In this document: piece by piece, positions 31,297 to 43,107 of the stretch
How positions within the stretch are numbered: position 1 is the stretch's first letter
Layout: each line of letters starts with the position of its first letter
From: an uncultured Planctomycetaceae bacterium
Lineage (GTDB): Bacteria > Planctomycetota > Planctomycetia > Pirellulales > PALSA-1355
Direction of reading: 5' to 3'
Length of the DNA: 64,000 bases
Assembly: GCA_963785305.1 (NCBI GenBank)
Contig: CAWAUV010000004.1
Location: forward strand, 192,001 to 256,000
Program-made: the position numbers and the translations under genes
The notes under the pieces: model-generated
Told to the model about the DNA's origin: nothing
Database searches by the model: none
Seen by the model: only the letters and a program-made list of their open reading frames with translations

Positions 31297-33781
31297 AGCC
31301 CACCGCGCCACATGCTTATGGAGTGGCGGTCTTGCTGGCGATCATCTCGGTGGTTGCCCGCTTTGTCACCGATCCGGTCTTGGGCGAGCGATCGCCTTTC
31401 GGCCTGGCGCTCGTGGCCGTGCTCTGCGCCGCGTGGTACGGCGGAGTGGGGCCCGCGTTCGTCACGGCAATCATCTCGATCGGGGTATCGACCTATTTCT
31501 TCCTGGAGCCGCGAGGTTCCTTTTTCGTGCTAGGGCAAGAACGGTCGGTGCTGCTGGTAAGCTTATTTACCGCGGCGACGATCGCGCTGCTCAGCGGCTC
31601 GTTGCGGTCAGCGCATGCCAAAGCCGCCCTGCATGCCCAGGAAGCGTCGCGGCGAGGGGAACTGCTGCGAGTCACCCTGGCGAGCATCGGCGATGGCGTG
31701 ATATCGACCAATGCCGCCGGACACGTGCTGTTTCTCAATACCGCGGCCCAGACGCTCACGGGCTATTCGCAAGACGAGGCCGCGGGCCAGCCGCTCGCCG
31801 CCGTGTTTCGGATCGCCGAGCCCGACTCCATGGCGAGCATTCAAACCGTCATTACGGCGGCCGTCTCCGGCGCGTCGGGCGAACCGCCCTCGGCGACGCA
31901 TCGCCAGTCGCCCGCCACGCTCGTGGCCCGCGGCGGCGACCCGTGCGCCGTGGAATACGACCTCGCTCCGATTCACAACGCCTCGGGCGCGGTCACCGGC
32001 TATGTGCTCGTGGTTCGCGACGTTTCGGCACGCAAGCGGGCCGAGGAGACCTTGGATTTCCTGGCCCGCACAAGCATCGAGCTATCCGAATCGCTCGATC
32101 TGACAAATCGTTTGGATCGTGTCGTGCGGTTGCCGGCGCCGCGGTTCGCGGATTGGTGCGTGGTCGAAGTGCTCGATCCCTCGTGGTCGGAATCCACGAG
32201 TTGGATTCGCGCCTGCGCGCACCGCGATCCGGTGTGGGACGCGCGGCTGCGCGAGACCTTGCTCGAATGCGCGCCGAGCGACGCGCCGCTCCTGGCCCTG
32301 GAGAGCGCCGAACCGGAGCTCATGACCGATCTGACGGACTGGCGCCGGGCCGGGCTCGCCATCGACGCCCAGCAGCAGATGCTCCACGCCGAACTGGCGC
32401 CGAGTTGCTGGATCCTGGCGCCGCTGGTCTATCGCCGCGAGCGGCTGGGAACGCTGCTCCTGGCCGTGGGCGAATCGAGTCGCCGCTATACGCGCGATGA
32501 TTTGCAATGGGTCGACGAATTTGCTCGCCGGGCAGCGGCGGCAATCGAAAACGCGAGGCTCTATCGCCGGGCTCTCGAGGCCGATCGCCGCAAGGACGAG
32601 TTCCTTGCCATCTTGAGCCATGAGCTTAGAAACCCGCTCGGCGTGCTCCACAACGCCCTGTTCCTGCTTCGCTCCAAGGACTTGCCCGCCGACGAAGCGA
32701 GCGAAACCTTGGAGATGATGGACACCCAACAGCAGCAGCTCAAACGGCTCGTCGACGACCTGCTCGAAGTCTCGCGCATCACGCGCGGCCGCATCGTGCT
32801 CCGCCGCGAACTACTCGATTTCGGCAAGCTGGTGTCGCGAGTCGTCGGGGCAATGCGGCCCATGATCGCCGAGCGGCGCCATGAACTTTCGGTCAGCCTG
32901 CCCGAGACGCCGACGCCGGTCGAAGGCGATGGGGTTCGATTGACGCAGGCGATCGAAAATCTGCTGAACAATGCGGCCAAGTACACCGAGGTCGGCGGAC
33001 ATATTTGGCTGCGCGTCGAACCGCACGACGCCGAGGTGTGGCTGCGAGTGCGCGACAATGGCCTGGGCATCGCGCCGGAAATGCTCGACCGGGTGTTTGG
33101 TCCCTTCATCCAGGGCACGAGCAATAATCATACCCATGGTGGGCTCGGCATCGGCTTGGCTCTCGCCCGCAAGCTGATCGATATGCACGGCGGCGGCATT
33201 CGGGCCACGAGCCCCGGGCCAGGCAAAGGCAGCGAATTCATCCTCCGCCTGCCGCTCGCGCGTGCCGAGTCGGCGCTCGACGAAAGCTCGCCCCCCGCGG
33301 CGGCAAGCGTTCCCGACGAGGCGCCCTCCGGCGCCGATATGTCGATTGCCTGCAAGGTCCCGGAGGAAAGCGATTCTCTCGCGGCGCCCGCCAACGCCGC
33401 GGCCGAGTGCTCCCGAGCGCGGGTGCTGGTAATCGACGACAATCAAGCTTCGGGCCGCACCTTGGCTCGGCTCTTGCGGTCGTGGAATTTCGAAGTCGAG
33501 GCCACTTTCGATCCGTTCATGGCGATCGAAATCGCGCAGCGCTTTCGGCCCGATTGGGCGCTGCTCGATATCGGCATGCCGCGGCTCAATGGCTACGATC
33601 TGGCCCGACAATTGCGCCCGGCGACGACCGGATTCGACTCGTCGCCATCACCGGCTACGGCCAAGAAGAAGATCGCCGCCGCTCGCGCGAGGCGGGCATC
33701 GCCTGGCACTTCACCAAGCCGATCGATCCCGAGGAACTGCAACGCTTGCTCGCGGCCGAGCAACCGGTTGCGGCGCCATGA
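31293..33781 (+). CDS. Hybrid sensor kinase (DUF4118-like TM, PAS, GAF, HisKA, HATPase, REC; frameshift near 33620)
   Basis: SIGDGVI, LSHELRNPL, NLLNNAAKY, DNGLG, GLGIGL, LLDIGMP; C-terminus AITGYGQEED...FTKP lies in another frame. Confidence 0.9.
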
Positions 33782-33977
33782 GGCGCGCTTAAGCGTGCTT
33801 GAGCGAGTTTGCGCTCAGTTGTTCGGTTGTCGCAACATTTCCGAAATCTAGGCGCCTGAAGCGGCGACGGACGGCCGGTCGTTTGCATTTGCGGAAAAGC
33901 CTGAAGAGATACAACCCAAGAATTTGGGCGATGATCGTGGCAAACTCGCCACCAATAATCTTCTCGACGAAGTTTAG

Positions 33978-34041
33978 AGCCTATCCGACAACTCCCCCCG
34001 CTCCCCGCATGGGAGAGGGCGGGATGCGGGCTCGCCGAAGT
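33978..34041. repeat. REP-like element, degenerate copy 2
   Basis: AGCCTATCCGACAACT..CTCCC..GGGAGAGGG..GGGCTCGCCGAA, collinear with 8969-9030. Confidence 0.6.
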
Positions 34042-34225
34042 TCTCGGAAAGGCGCATGGTCGCCCCGACAATCGAGGCCAACCGCCCGGCCGCGAGCGTC
34101 GCGAAAAGCTCGCAATCTCCGCCGCCGATGGCATTCGCCGGCCCGACTCGGTAAACTCGTTGCCACCAGCCGGCGACGCGAGTTCGATCGGTTCGGCCAA
34201 CACATCTCCTAGGAGCCAAGGCGTC

Positions 34226-36956
34226 ATGAAGACCGAGGTCAAGAAGACCCGCGCCAACCAGCGGCGCACGTTGCGAGATCGCCTTTCGCGATTGACATTT
34301 CTCGAAGCCTGCCGGCTGCTGGGCCCAACCGGCAAGTCGCTCATCCAGAAAAGCGCCAATCTCTGGGATATCAAAATCGAAGACGATGTGCATCTGGGCG
34401 ATGACCTGTTTCGCTTGCGCATTCCCGAGGCCGCCGACGACGGCTCGCCGATTGTCGTTACCATTACCACCATGGCGCTAGCCCGCGACCGGCTGCACTG
34501 GAATTGCACGCACTGCGAAACGGCCTGCGCATGTCGGGGCCGCGTTTTCGCTGATCTTGGAGGAAAAAACGGCGCTCCGGCTGGCAATGGCCTCTCCCGA
34601 GCGCGAACCGGTGGCCAACCTCGACGACGCCGCGCTCGTGGCCCAGGCGATCGAAGATCGCCGCCAACGATCCAAAAGCGAGTCGATGCGCGTCACGGCA
34701 ACCGATCGCGACCGGCCCTGGACCGACTATGTGGTCACGAGCCACGAAAGCGGCAAGAGCTATCGCGTCGCCTTGCGAGGACTCGAAGTCGGCGAGTCGT
34801 ATTGCTCGTGTCCCGATTTTCGGGTGAACACGCTGGGAGTTTGCAAACATGTGCTGCGCGTGATCGACCGCGTCAAGCGCCGCTTTACGCCGCGGCAACT
34901 CAAGGCGCCGCATAAGCCCGAATCGCTCGCCTTGCACTTGCGCTACGATGGCGAGGTGACGCTCCGCTTGCTGGTTCCCGCCAAGCTGAGCGACGCGGCG
35001 GCGGCGATCGTGGCGCCGCTCGTGGATCGGCCCATCGAGAATTTGCGAATCTCATGTCGCGCATCGCGAAGTTGCAACAAATCGGCGAAGCGGTGCTCAT
35101 TTATCCCGACGCCGAGGAGTTTATTCAGCAGCGATTGTTTCAACAGCAAATGCGCGACAAGATGGCCGCCATTCGGAGCAATCCGGCCGATCATCCGCTC
35201 CGCGCGGCGCTCTTGAAGACGCCGCTCTTGCCCTATCAGCTCGATGGCGTGGCATTTGCCGCCGGCGCCGGACGGGCGATCTTGGCCGACGACATGGGTC
35301 TCGGAAAAACGATTCAGGGCGTGGGCGTGGCCGAGCTGCTGGCCCGCGAGGCCGGTGTGCGTAAGGTGCTGGTCGTGTGTCCCGCGTCGCTCAAGAGCCA
35401 GTGGCGGGCCGAGATTCATCGCTTTTGCGATCGCGATGTGCAGCTTGTCGGCGGCCCGGCGGCGGAGCGTCAGGCGGCTTATGCCCACGGTAGCTTTTTT
35501 ACCGTGTGCAACTACGAGCAAGTGCTCCGCGACATTCTCGCGATCGAACGCGTGGCCTGGGACCTGATCATTCTCGACGAAGGCCAGCGCATCAAGAACT
35601 ACGAGGCCAAGACCACGAGCGTGGTCAAAAGCTTGCGCTCGCGCTTCGCGCTGGTGCTCACCGGCACCCCGCTGGAAAACCGGCTCGACGATCTCTATTC
35701 GATCGTGCAGTTCGTCGATGATCGTCGCCTGGGGCCCGGCTTTCGGTTCTTCAACAAGCATCGCGTGCTCGACGAAAAGGGCAAAGTGCTCGGCTACAAG
35801 GAACTGGGCGATGTGCGCTCGGCGCTCGCGCCGATCTTGCTCCGTCGCACTCGCGAAAGCGTGAAGCTCGAGCTGCCGCCGCGCACAGTCGAATTCGTGC
35901 GGATTCCGCCCTCCGACGAACAGCTTGAAATGCACCGGTCCCACATGCAGATCGTGAGCGCGATTACTCGCAAGAAGTTTCTCACGGAAATGGATCTCTT
36001 GCGGCTCAAGAGTGAACTGCTCATGTGCCGAATGTCCGCCGATAGCACGCTACTGGTCGACAAAGAGCCGCCCGGCCATTCGACGAAGCTCGCGCGCCTC
36101 GACGAACTGTTCGAGCAGATATTCGCCGAGCCCGACCGCAAAGTGGTGCTGTTTTCGGAATGGACCACGATGCTCGGCCTCATTGAGAAGCTGCTCAAGA
36201 AGCGCGGCCTTCACTATGCGAGGCTCGATGGCGGCGTGCCGCAGAAGCAGCGACAAGAGCTCGTGCATCGCTTTCAAACCGATCCCGACTGCCGGCTCTT
36301 TCTCACGACGAACGCCGGCTCGACCGGCCTGAACCTGCAAGCCGCCAACACCGTGATCAATGTCGACTTGCCCTGGAACCCCGCGGTGCTCGAACAGCGA
36401 ATCGCCCGCGCATCGCATGGGCCAGACTCAGAGCGTGCAGGTCTATGTGCTCGTGACCGAACAGACGATCGAAGAAAGCCTGCTCGCCACGATCGCCGCC
36501 AAAAAAGAGTTGGCCCTGGCGGCGCTCGATATCGAATCCGATGTCGAGCAGGTGGACCTTGTCTCGGGCATGGAGGAGCTCAAAAGCCGTCTCGAAATCT
36601 TGCTTGGCGCCAAGCCCCAGGCGCCCGAAGACGAATCGGTCAAACAGGAGCTCCTGGCCGAAGCCCGCGGCGGGGCGAATCCGCGCGAGGCGGCCCACCG
36701 CGATCGGGTCGCCGCGGCAGGCGGTGAACTGCTGGGCGCCGCCTTCAAATTCCTGGGCGAAGTAGTCGCGAGCGAACAACTGGCGCCGCCGCCCGCGGCG
36801 CTGGTCGACAATGTTCGAGCCGGTCTGGAAGCATGTGTCGAATCCGACCCCGCCGGCCGCCCGCGACTCACATTCACTCTCCCCGACCGCGCCGCCTTGC
36901 ACGGCCTGGCCCAAACCCTAGCCAACCTGCTCGCCGTGGGCGAAAAACCGACCTGA
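34226..36956 (+). CDS. SWIM zinc-finger plus SNF2-family ATPase (frameshifts near 34530, 35040 and 36410)
   Basis: CSCPDF..CKH (SWIM), LADDMGLGKT, ILDEGQRIKN, LTGTPLEN, GLNLQAA, PWNPAVLEQR. Confidence 0.88.
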
Positions 36957-37142
36957 GGCTCGCATGGCCGTTTGCAGTGCACTTTTGACATACCTCGGCG
37001 CCGGGCCACCGGCCGAATCGACGAGCGAGCGCATGCCGTTCTTCCTCTCGGCCAGCAGCCCCTCGATGGTCCGGTGATATCCCGGCAGACGTGGATGGCG
37101 CCGCGAAGGAACGTCGACGCTTTTCCCTCCCGAAAATCAGTC

Positions 37143-38765
37143 TTACGGAACCGCCACCGCGGCTGGTTTTGTCTTTTCTTCCTCGGCGCCGTTTTTCCAG
37201 TCGAGGTATTTCTTGTGTTCCATTGCCTTCATGATCCAGGTCGCTTGCCAGGGGCTCCAGGTCGGGTAGCTCGACGATAGGGCCGACAAGGCGAGAAGGG
37301 CGATCGCCAATCCTCGGCCCCAGCGGCGACTGGCAAGCCAATCGACGGCCGGCAGCATCAGCACCAACCACAGCGGGGTGAACCAAAACATCCACCGCAG
37401 GCCGCTCGACATGCCGCCGTAGTTCCTATCGAGTTGCGGACGCAATAAGTAAAAGCCGAGCACCACCAGCGTTACCCCGGCGATGCCCAGGGCCAGCGCG
37501 CGGCGATCGCGAAAGCGGACCCAAAATCCGAATCCGGCCACGCTCAATATCCAAGCGGGCGTGAGCGAGAACAGGCCGTGGTGGCCGATCAGGCAATGGA
37601 ATACATACCACGGGATCGAAGGCTCGCCTTGGTCGATGCCGACCGGCGCGGCCCAGTAGCTTTCGCGCTCGCGGCCGTGGCTCATGTAGGTGAACTTGTA
37701 CCAGTTGTCGCTCGGGTCGGTCTCGCTGCGATGCGCGTAGGGCTCGCGTAGGCTGCCGTGAGCGATGTAGTTCGTGCCGTACTGGGCAAGAACCACGGCG
37801 AGCGCCGCCGGCGCGAAGGCGATCAGCGTCATCCGCGGCGCCCGCCAGCCGAGAGCCACGGCCACCAGCGCCAGCATCGCCAGGGCCGGCAACTCGAAGG
37901 CAAATAAAAACCCGCCCGCGAGCCCGGCGACCACGAACCAGGGCCAGCGGCGCTCTTCATCGTGCCAGATGCGCACGAATGCGAGTAGCAACGCCGCGGC
38001 GGCGACGGCCGCGGGCAGATGATTCGTAATGCTCACGGCGAAGGTCGTGAGCAGCGTGCCACCGGTGGCCAAGGCCATCATGAAGAGGCGGCCCCAGGTC
38101 GTGACGCCGAAGCGTTCGGCCAAGCTGATTAGAATCAGGAAATAAGCGACGAGCAGCGGCACATTGTAGAGAATCAAAAGGCCGCGGCCGAGTTCGTAGG
38201 TGTATTCATTAAGTCCCCAGCCGGTCGTCTTGTAGACGAGCCAATAGGGCACGGCCATGAGCGTGGCCAAGAGCGGCGGCTTGCTGGAGTAAAGATGTTT
38301 CTGGCCGTCGCTGCCCAGGTGCTGCACCATATCGATGGTGTCCCAGCCCTGTTCGTCGACGATATCGTCGATTGCATAGGTTCCTTTTTCGACCAGCGAG
38401 CGAATCGTGTCCCAGCGGCTGCGATCGTTGGCGCTCAGGAAGGGCCGGCTATGGAACCAGTCCGGGCGCCCCTGCCGGTAGAGTGTTTCTTCAAGGGCGA
38501 ACATGTTGACCGAATCGACGGCCAAGATGCGTCCGCAGAGCCCGCCGATGGCGAGCGCGATAAACAGGCCGTAGAGCGAGCGACGTAGCGTCGTGTGTTC
38601 ATCGACCGCCGAGGGCGCGGTTTTGCCGCCGGGCGATTTCGGCGGCCGGCCCGCGTCGGCCCGGGCGCCATCGGGTCGGCCGGCGTCGCGCGAGGTATCG
38701 AAGCGACCCGCCTCGGGCCGGCCGGTGTCGGGCATCGGGTCGTTATCGCGTCGGGCTGCATTCAT
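37143..38765 (-). CDS. Polytopic membrane protein, probable GT-C glycosyltransferase
   Basis: About 10 hydrophobic segments; SANDRSRW and YSSKPP loops; overlaps the upstream GT2 gene. Confidence 0.55.
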   Translation of the reverse strand: MNAARRDNDPMPDTGRPEAGRFDTSRDAGRPDGARADAGRPPKSPGGKTAPSAVDEHTTLRRSLYGLFIALAIGGLCGRILAVDSVNMFALEETLYRQGRPDWFHSRPFLSANDRSRWDTIRSLVEKGTYAIDDIVDEQGWDTIDMVQHLGSDGQKHLYSSKPPLLATLMAVPYWLVYKTTGWGLNEYTYELGRGLLILYNVPLLVAYFLILISLAERFGVTTWGRLFMMALATGGTLLTTFAVSITNHLPAAVAAAALLLAFVRIWHDEERRWPWFVVAGLAGGFLFAFELPALAMLALVAVALGWRAPRMTLIAFAPAALAVVLAQYGTNYIAHGSLREPYAHRSETDPSDNWYKFTYMSHGRERESYWAAPVGIDQGEPSIPWYVFHCLIGHHGLFSLTPAWILSVAGFGFWVRFRDRRALALGIAGVTLVVLGFYLLRPQLDRNYGGMSSGLRWMFWFTPLWLVLMLPAVDWLASRRWGRGLAIALLALSALSSSYPTWSPWQATWIMKAMEHKKYLDWKNGAEEEKTKPAAVAVP

Positions 38766-39759
38766 GGGGTGGGCTCTCGCTCGGAGCGGGATCGCCGGCG
38801 CGCTCGGCGATCGAAAATACATCGTCGGCGCGGCCGTGCCGGGCCGCGACGAGCTCGGCCAGCAGCCCAATCGAAAAGAATTGGGCCCCGACCAAGAGCG
38901 CCCCCCAAGCGTAGAGCATTGCCGGCCGTTCGTGCAACGGCGGTAAATTGAGTTCGGGCCGCGCTTGCCGCACGACCCAGTAACCGGCCAGATAAATCAG
39001 CCCCACGAAACCAATTGCAAAAAACACCAGGCCGGCGCCGCCAAGCAAATGTTGCGGCCGATTGCCGAAACCGACCAAAAACTTCACCGTGAGCAGGTCG
39101 AGAAATCCGCGGACAAAGCGAATCCAACCGTATTTCGAATGTCCAAACCGCCGCGGGCGATGCGCGATCGCGAGCTCGCCGACCCGAAAACCCCGGGCCG
39201 CCGCCAGCACCGGAATAAAGCGGTGCAATTCGCCATAGAGCCGCAGTTCCGCCAGCACTTCGCGGCGATAGCATTTCATGCCGCAGTTATGGTCGTGTAG
39301 CCACACTCCGGTCAGCCGGCTCACCAGATAGTTGAATACCCGCGAGGGGCCGACTTTGTGCCAAGGGTCGTGGCGAACGCGTTTCCAGCCGCTCACCAGG
39401 TCGAGCCGCGGTTGGCCCTCAAGGAGCGCCAGCAAGCGAGGAATCTCGCGAGGATCGTCTTGCAGGTCGGCGTCGAGTGTGACGACTCGCTCGCCGCGGG
39501 CCGCTTGAAAGCCGGCTTGGAGCGCCGCGGCCTTGCCGAAATTGCGGCGAAAGCGAATGCCCCGCGCGCGGCGGTCGGAGGCGGCCAGGAGCTCGATCTC
39601 GCGCCACGAGCCGTCGGTCGAGCCATCGTCGACGAAAAGCACTTCCAGTTCGTAGGCTTCCGCGGCGGCGAGCGCCGCGATCTCGCGAAAGAGCGTCGGC
39701 AAGCTCTCGGCCTCGTTGAATACCGGAATCACGACCGTGAGCATGGGCGGCGCGGCCAT
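38743..39759 (-). CDS. GT2 polyprenol-phosphate glycosyltransferase (ArnC/GtrB-like)
   Basis: VVIPVFNE, VDDGSTD, RRNFGKAAAL, DADLQDDP, two C-terminal transmembrane segments. Confidence 0.9.
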   Translation of the reverse strand: MAAPPMLTVVIPVFNEAESLPTLFREIAALAAAEAYELEVLFVDDGSTDGSWREIELLAASDRRARGIRFRRNFGKAAALQAGFQAARGERVVTLDADLQDDPREIPRLLALLEGQPRLDLVSGWKRVRHDPWHKVGPSRVFNYLVSRLTGVWLHDHNCGMKCYRREVLAELRLYGELHRFIPVLAAARGFRVGELAIAHRPRRFGHSKYGWIRFVRGFLDLLTVKFLVGFGNRPQHLLGGAGLVFFAIGFVGLIYLAGYWVVRQARPELNLPPLHERPAMLYAWGALLVGAQFFSIGLLAELVAARHGRADDVFSIAERAGDPAPSESPPHECSPTR

Positions 39760-42700
39760 CAGGCGGTTACTCCGTCGAACAGACGCTCGAAGCGGCGGCG
39801 ATTCTCGGCCGTGATATGGCGGCAATCGGCCAGCAAGGTCGACGCCGACTGATAGCCCAGCAGGCCGGCCAGTCGCGCGAGGTCATGCGGATCTTCGGGC
39901 AAGGTGTCGCGCGTGATGGGAGTCATCAGCCGCAGCCGGGCTTGCAGCGTGCGGAGAAAACGGTAGCTGTCGTTGAAGAATTCGTAGTCGTCGCGATTCA
40001 GGTGGCCGGCCGCGTGGAGCGCGGTAAGCGCCTCGAACGCGCCGGGCACGCGCACCGAGGTATTGTCGAGCCCATGTTTGAGCTGGAGCATTTGCACCAG
40101 AAATTCGATATCGGCCAGTCCGCCGGGGCCGCGCTTGAGGTTGCCGCTCGGGGCGGCGCGTTCCAGCCGGCCGCGCATCGCGTGGACATGATCCAAATCA
40201 TTTGCTTGCCAGCCGGGCGAGAAAGCGGCCCAGTGCAATGTGGTCATCGTGGCGACCGCCACCTCGGGCGGAGCGACCACGACTCGCGCCTTGCAGAGCG
40301 CTTGCCGCTCCCAGAGCTGGGCCTGACCGCTGGAAAAATAGCGGGCAAAGTCCGCGAGACTCGTGGCCAGCGGTCCACCGCGGCCCGTGGGACGAAGCCG
40401 CGGATCGATCTGATACAAACGCCCGAACGGCCCCAGATTCGTGGCCACTTTGATGATTCGCTGGCCGAGCTCGCAGAAGAAATGTTGGTTGGTCGTCACA
40501 TCATCGCGCTTCGAGCGGCGGCTTTGCGTGGTCATGCCATCGCCGGCGTAGAGAAAGATCACGTCGAGATCGCTGTAGTAGTTGATCTCGCGCCCGCCGA
40601 ATTTGCCGAGCGCCACGACCATCATCGGGCACGCGCTACCGACCACCTCGGCCAGCGGGGCCGGCATCGACTCGCGGGCTTCGGCCGAGATCGTCGGCTC
40701 GCCCCATTTGGCCACGAGCTTTTGGTATTCGCGGGCCACGATCTCCGCGAGACACGCCTCGGCGATATCGCTCAAGGCGCCGGTCACGGCCTCGATCGGC
40801 TCCTTGCCCAAAATGTCGCGCACTCCAACTTGCAACTGCTGCGTGTTCTTGAAGCTATGCAAAATCGGATCGACATCCCGAGCGCCACGCGCAGATCGGC
40901 CAAGGTCGCTTGCTGTTGGCGGAGCGAGGGCAGTTTGTCGAGCAGCAGGCCATCGAGCAGTTCGTCGAGCATGCCGGGATTGCTGATCAGAATCGCCGAG
41001 AGATATTGGCTCGACGAGCACAGCTCGACATAGAGCCGCAGCGTCGGCGGATTGAAACTAAACAGTTCCCACAACACTCCCTTTCCGCCCACGGAGTCGC
41101 TCACCTTGCAAAGGTTGACCAGCGTGAACTCGGGCGAGGGCGTGGCCGAAATCGCTTTCAAGAGCCGCGGGGCGATCGCGGCCAGAAAATGCCGGCACCG
41201 GCGGGTCGAAAGGAAGCGAATCTTCTCGCTCGCCAAGTCCATCAGATGACGGTAAGCGTCTTGCACATCGAGAAAGCGATATTTGCCGAGCACTTCCTCG
41301 ATTTGCTTGGGCGACGGCTCGGGGTCGAGCACCAGATCGCTTTCCGGTTCGGTTTTCACATCGTCGCTAAAGGCGTCGTGGAGTAGGTGGTCGAGAATCT
41401 TGCGATTCACCTCGGTCGTGTTGCGATATGCGATATCGAAGCCGTCGAGCGCCGAGGCCGTCGGAGTGTCGACGAAGCCCAGGCGAATGGCGAGCTTCCG
41501 CAGCTCGACCGGGTCGCTCGGGAGGAGATGCGTTTGTAGGTCGAACATGATTTGCAGGCGATGCTCGACCTTGCGCAGGAAACTGTAGTTGTCTTCCAGC
41601 AGCGTGCGCTCTTGATGCGTAAGGCAGCCGCAGCGTTCGAGCTCGGCGATGGCGGCCAATGTGTTGCCGGTGCGCAGCGCCGGCAGGTCGCCGCCGTTGA
41701 GCAGTTGCAAGAACTGAATGGCGAACTCGATATCGCGGATGCCGCCGTGGCCTGTTTTGACATTCAGCGCGTCGGCGCCCTCGCGCATCGCGCGCTGCTC
41801 GATGCGCCGCTTGAGCGCTTTGATGCCGGTGATGTCGGCCCGCGAAAGATAGCGGCGATAGACCCAGGGCTCGAGCTGGGCGAGAAACTCGGCGCCAAGA
41901 GTCAAGTCCCCCGCCACCGGCCGCGCTTTGACGAACGCCTGTCGTTCCCAAGTGCGGCCCGAGAGATCGTAGTACTGCAAGGCCGACTCGACACTCACGG
42001 CCATCGGCCCGCTGCGACCATCGGGCCGGAGGCGAAGATCGACGCGATAGGGCGAGCCCAAATCGGTCGCCTCGGTAAGCAACCGCATCAGTTCCCTCGC
42101 CAGAGCCGTGAAATATTCCGCGGCGGCGTGTTGTCCGTCGCTCGATCGGTCGGCCGACTCGTGGAGAAACAGGAGATCGACATCGCTCGAATAATTGAGC
42201 TCTTCGCCCCCGAGTTTCCCAAGGGCCAGCACCACGAACCGCGCCGCCTCGCCCGAGAAGAGCCGCAGCGACGAACGCCGCGCGGCGAGCCGGGCTCGCG
42301 CCGCATAAACCGCCGCTTCGATCACGGCGTCGGCCAGATAGGAAATCTGCCGGGCCACGACATCTAGCCGCTGCCCGCGCACGATATCGCCATAAGCAAT
42401 CCGCAGCGTTTCGCGGCGTTTGAAGCGGCGGAGGGCTTTCATCGTGGCGGCGTCATCGCCTGCCAGAGCCACGACTTCGCCCATGAGTTCGGCCACGAGC
42501 GATTCCCGGCCCACGGGCTGGCCTTCGGTCATTCGCAAGAGGTCGTAGCTTTCCGAGTCGGTGACGAGAATATCGCTCAGGTGTTGGCTGGCGGAGAAGA
42601 TTTGCAGCAGGGTGGCAAGCGACTCGGGATCGCGCTCGACGAGCCCGCCAAACGAGAGCGGATTGCGCGTGGCCACGACGAAGCGTTCGAGGTTGTTGAG

Positions 42701-42906
42701 CGCCATGTCGGGGTCGCTCAATTTCGGCAGCAGTTCGCCGAGTTGCTGGCAAATGGTGGCCAAGAGATCGAGCGTCAGACCATGGGTGGCCATGCTCACC
42801 AGATTGGCGTGTCCGCGCCCGGATTGACCAGTCCCCAGGAGCGAAGCAGCCCGGCCGCCTCGTCGGGCCGATCGAGGTAGCGAGTCAGTTGTGGAATATC
42901 GATCAT
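39759..42906 (-). CDS. glnE: Glutamine synthetase adenylyltransferase (frameshifts near 42820 and 40880)
   Basis: Two nucleotidyltransferase domains: GKLGGEELNYSSDVD / VDLRLRPDG and GKFGGREINYYSDLD / IDPRLRP. Confidence 0.92.
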
Positions 42907-43107
42907 CGGTGACGGTGGCATTCGGGCGAAAGTTGGCCTGGGCAAACCCGATTATACCACCATCCGCCGAGCCGCCGCTACGGACTCCGCGGCGAGCGAG
43001 CGCGAAACGACCGGCCAAATCGCCCGCGATCGGGGTCGCGCGGAGCGCTGAGAAAAGACGGCTAAAACCGCAATGGTTTTCAAAATGCCGGCCATCGCCC
43101 CCCGCCG

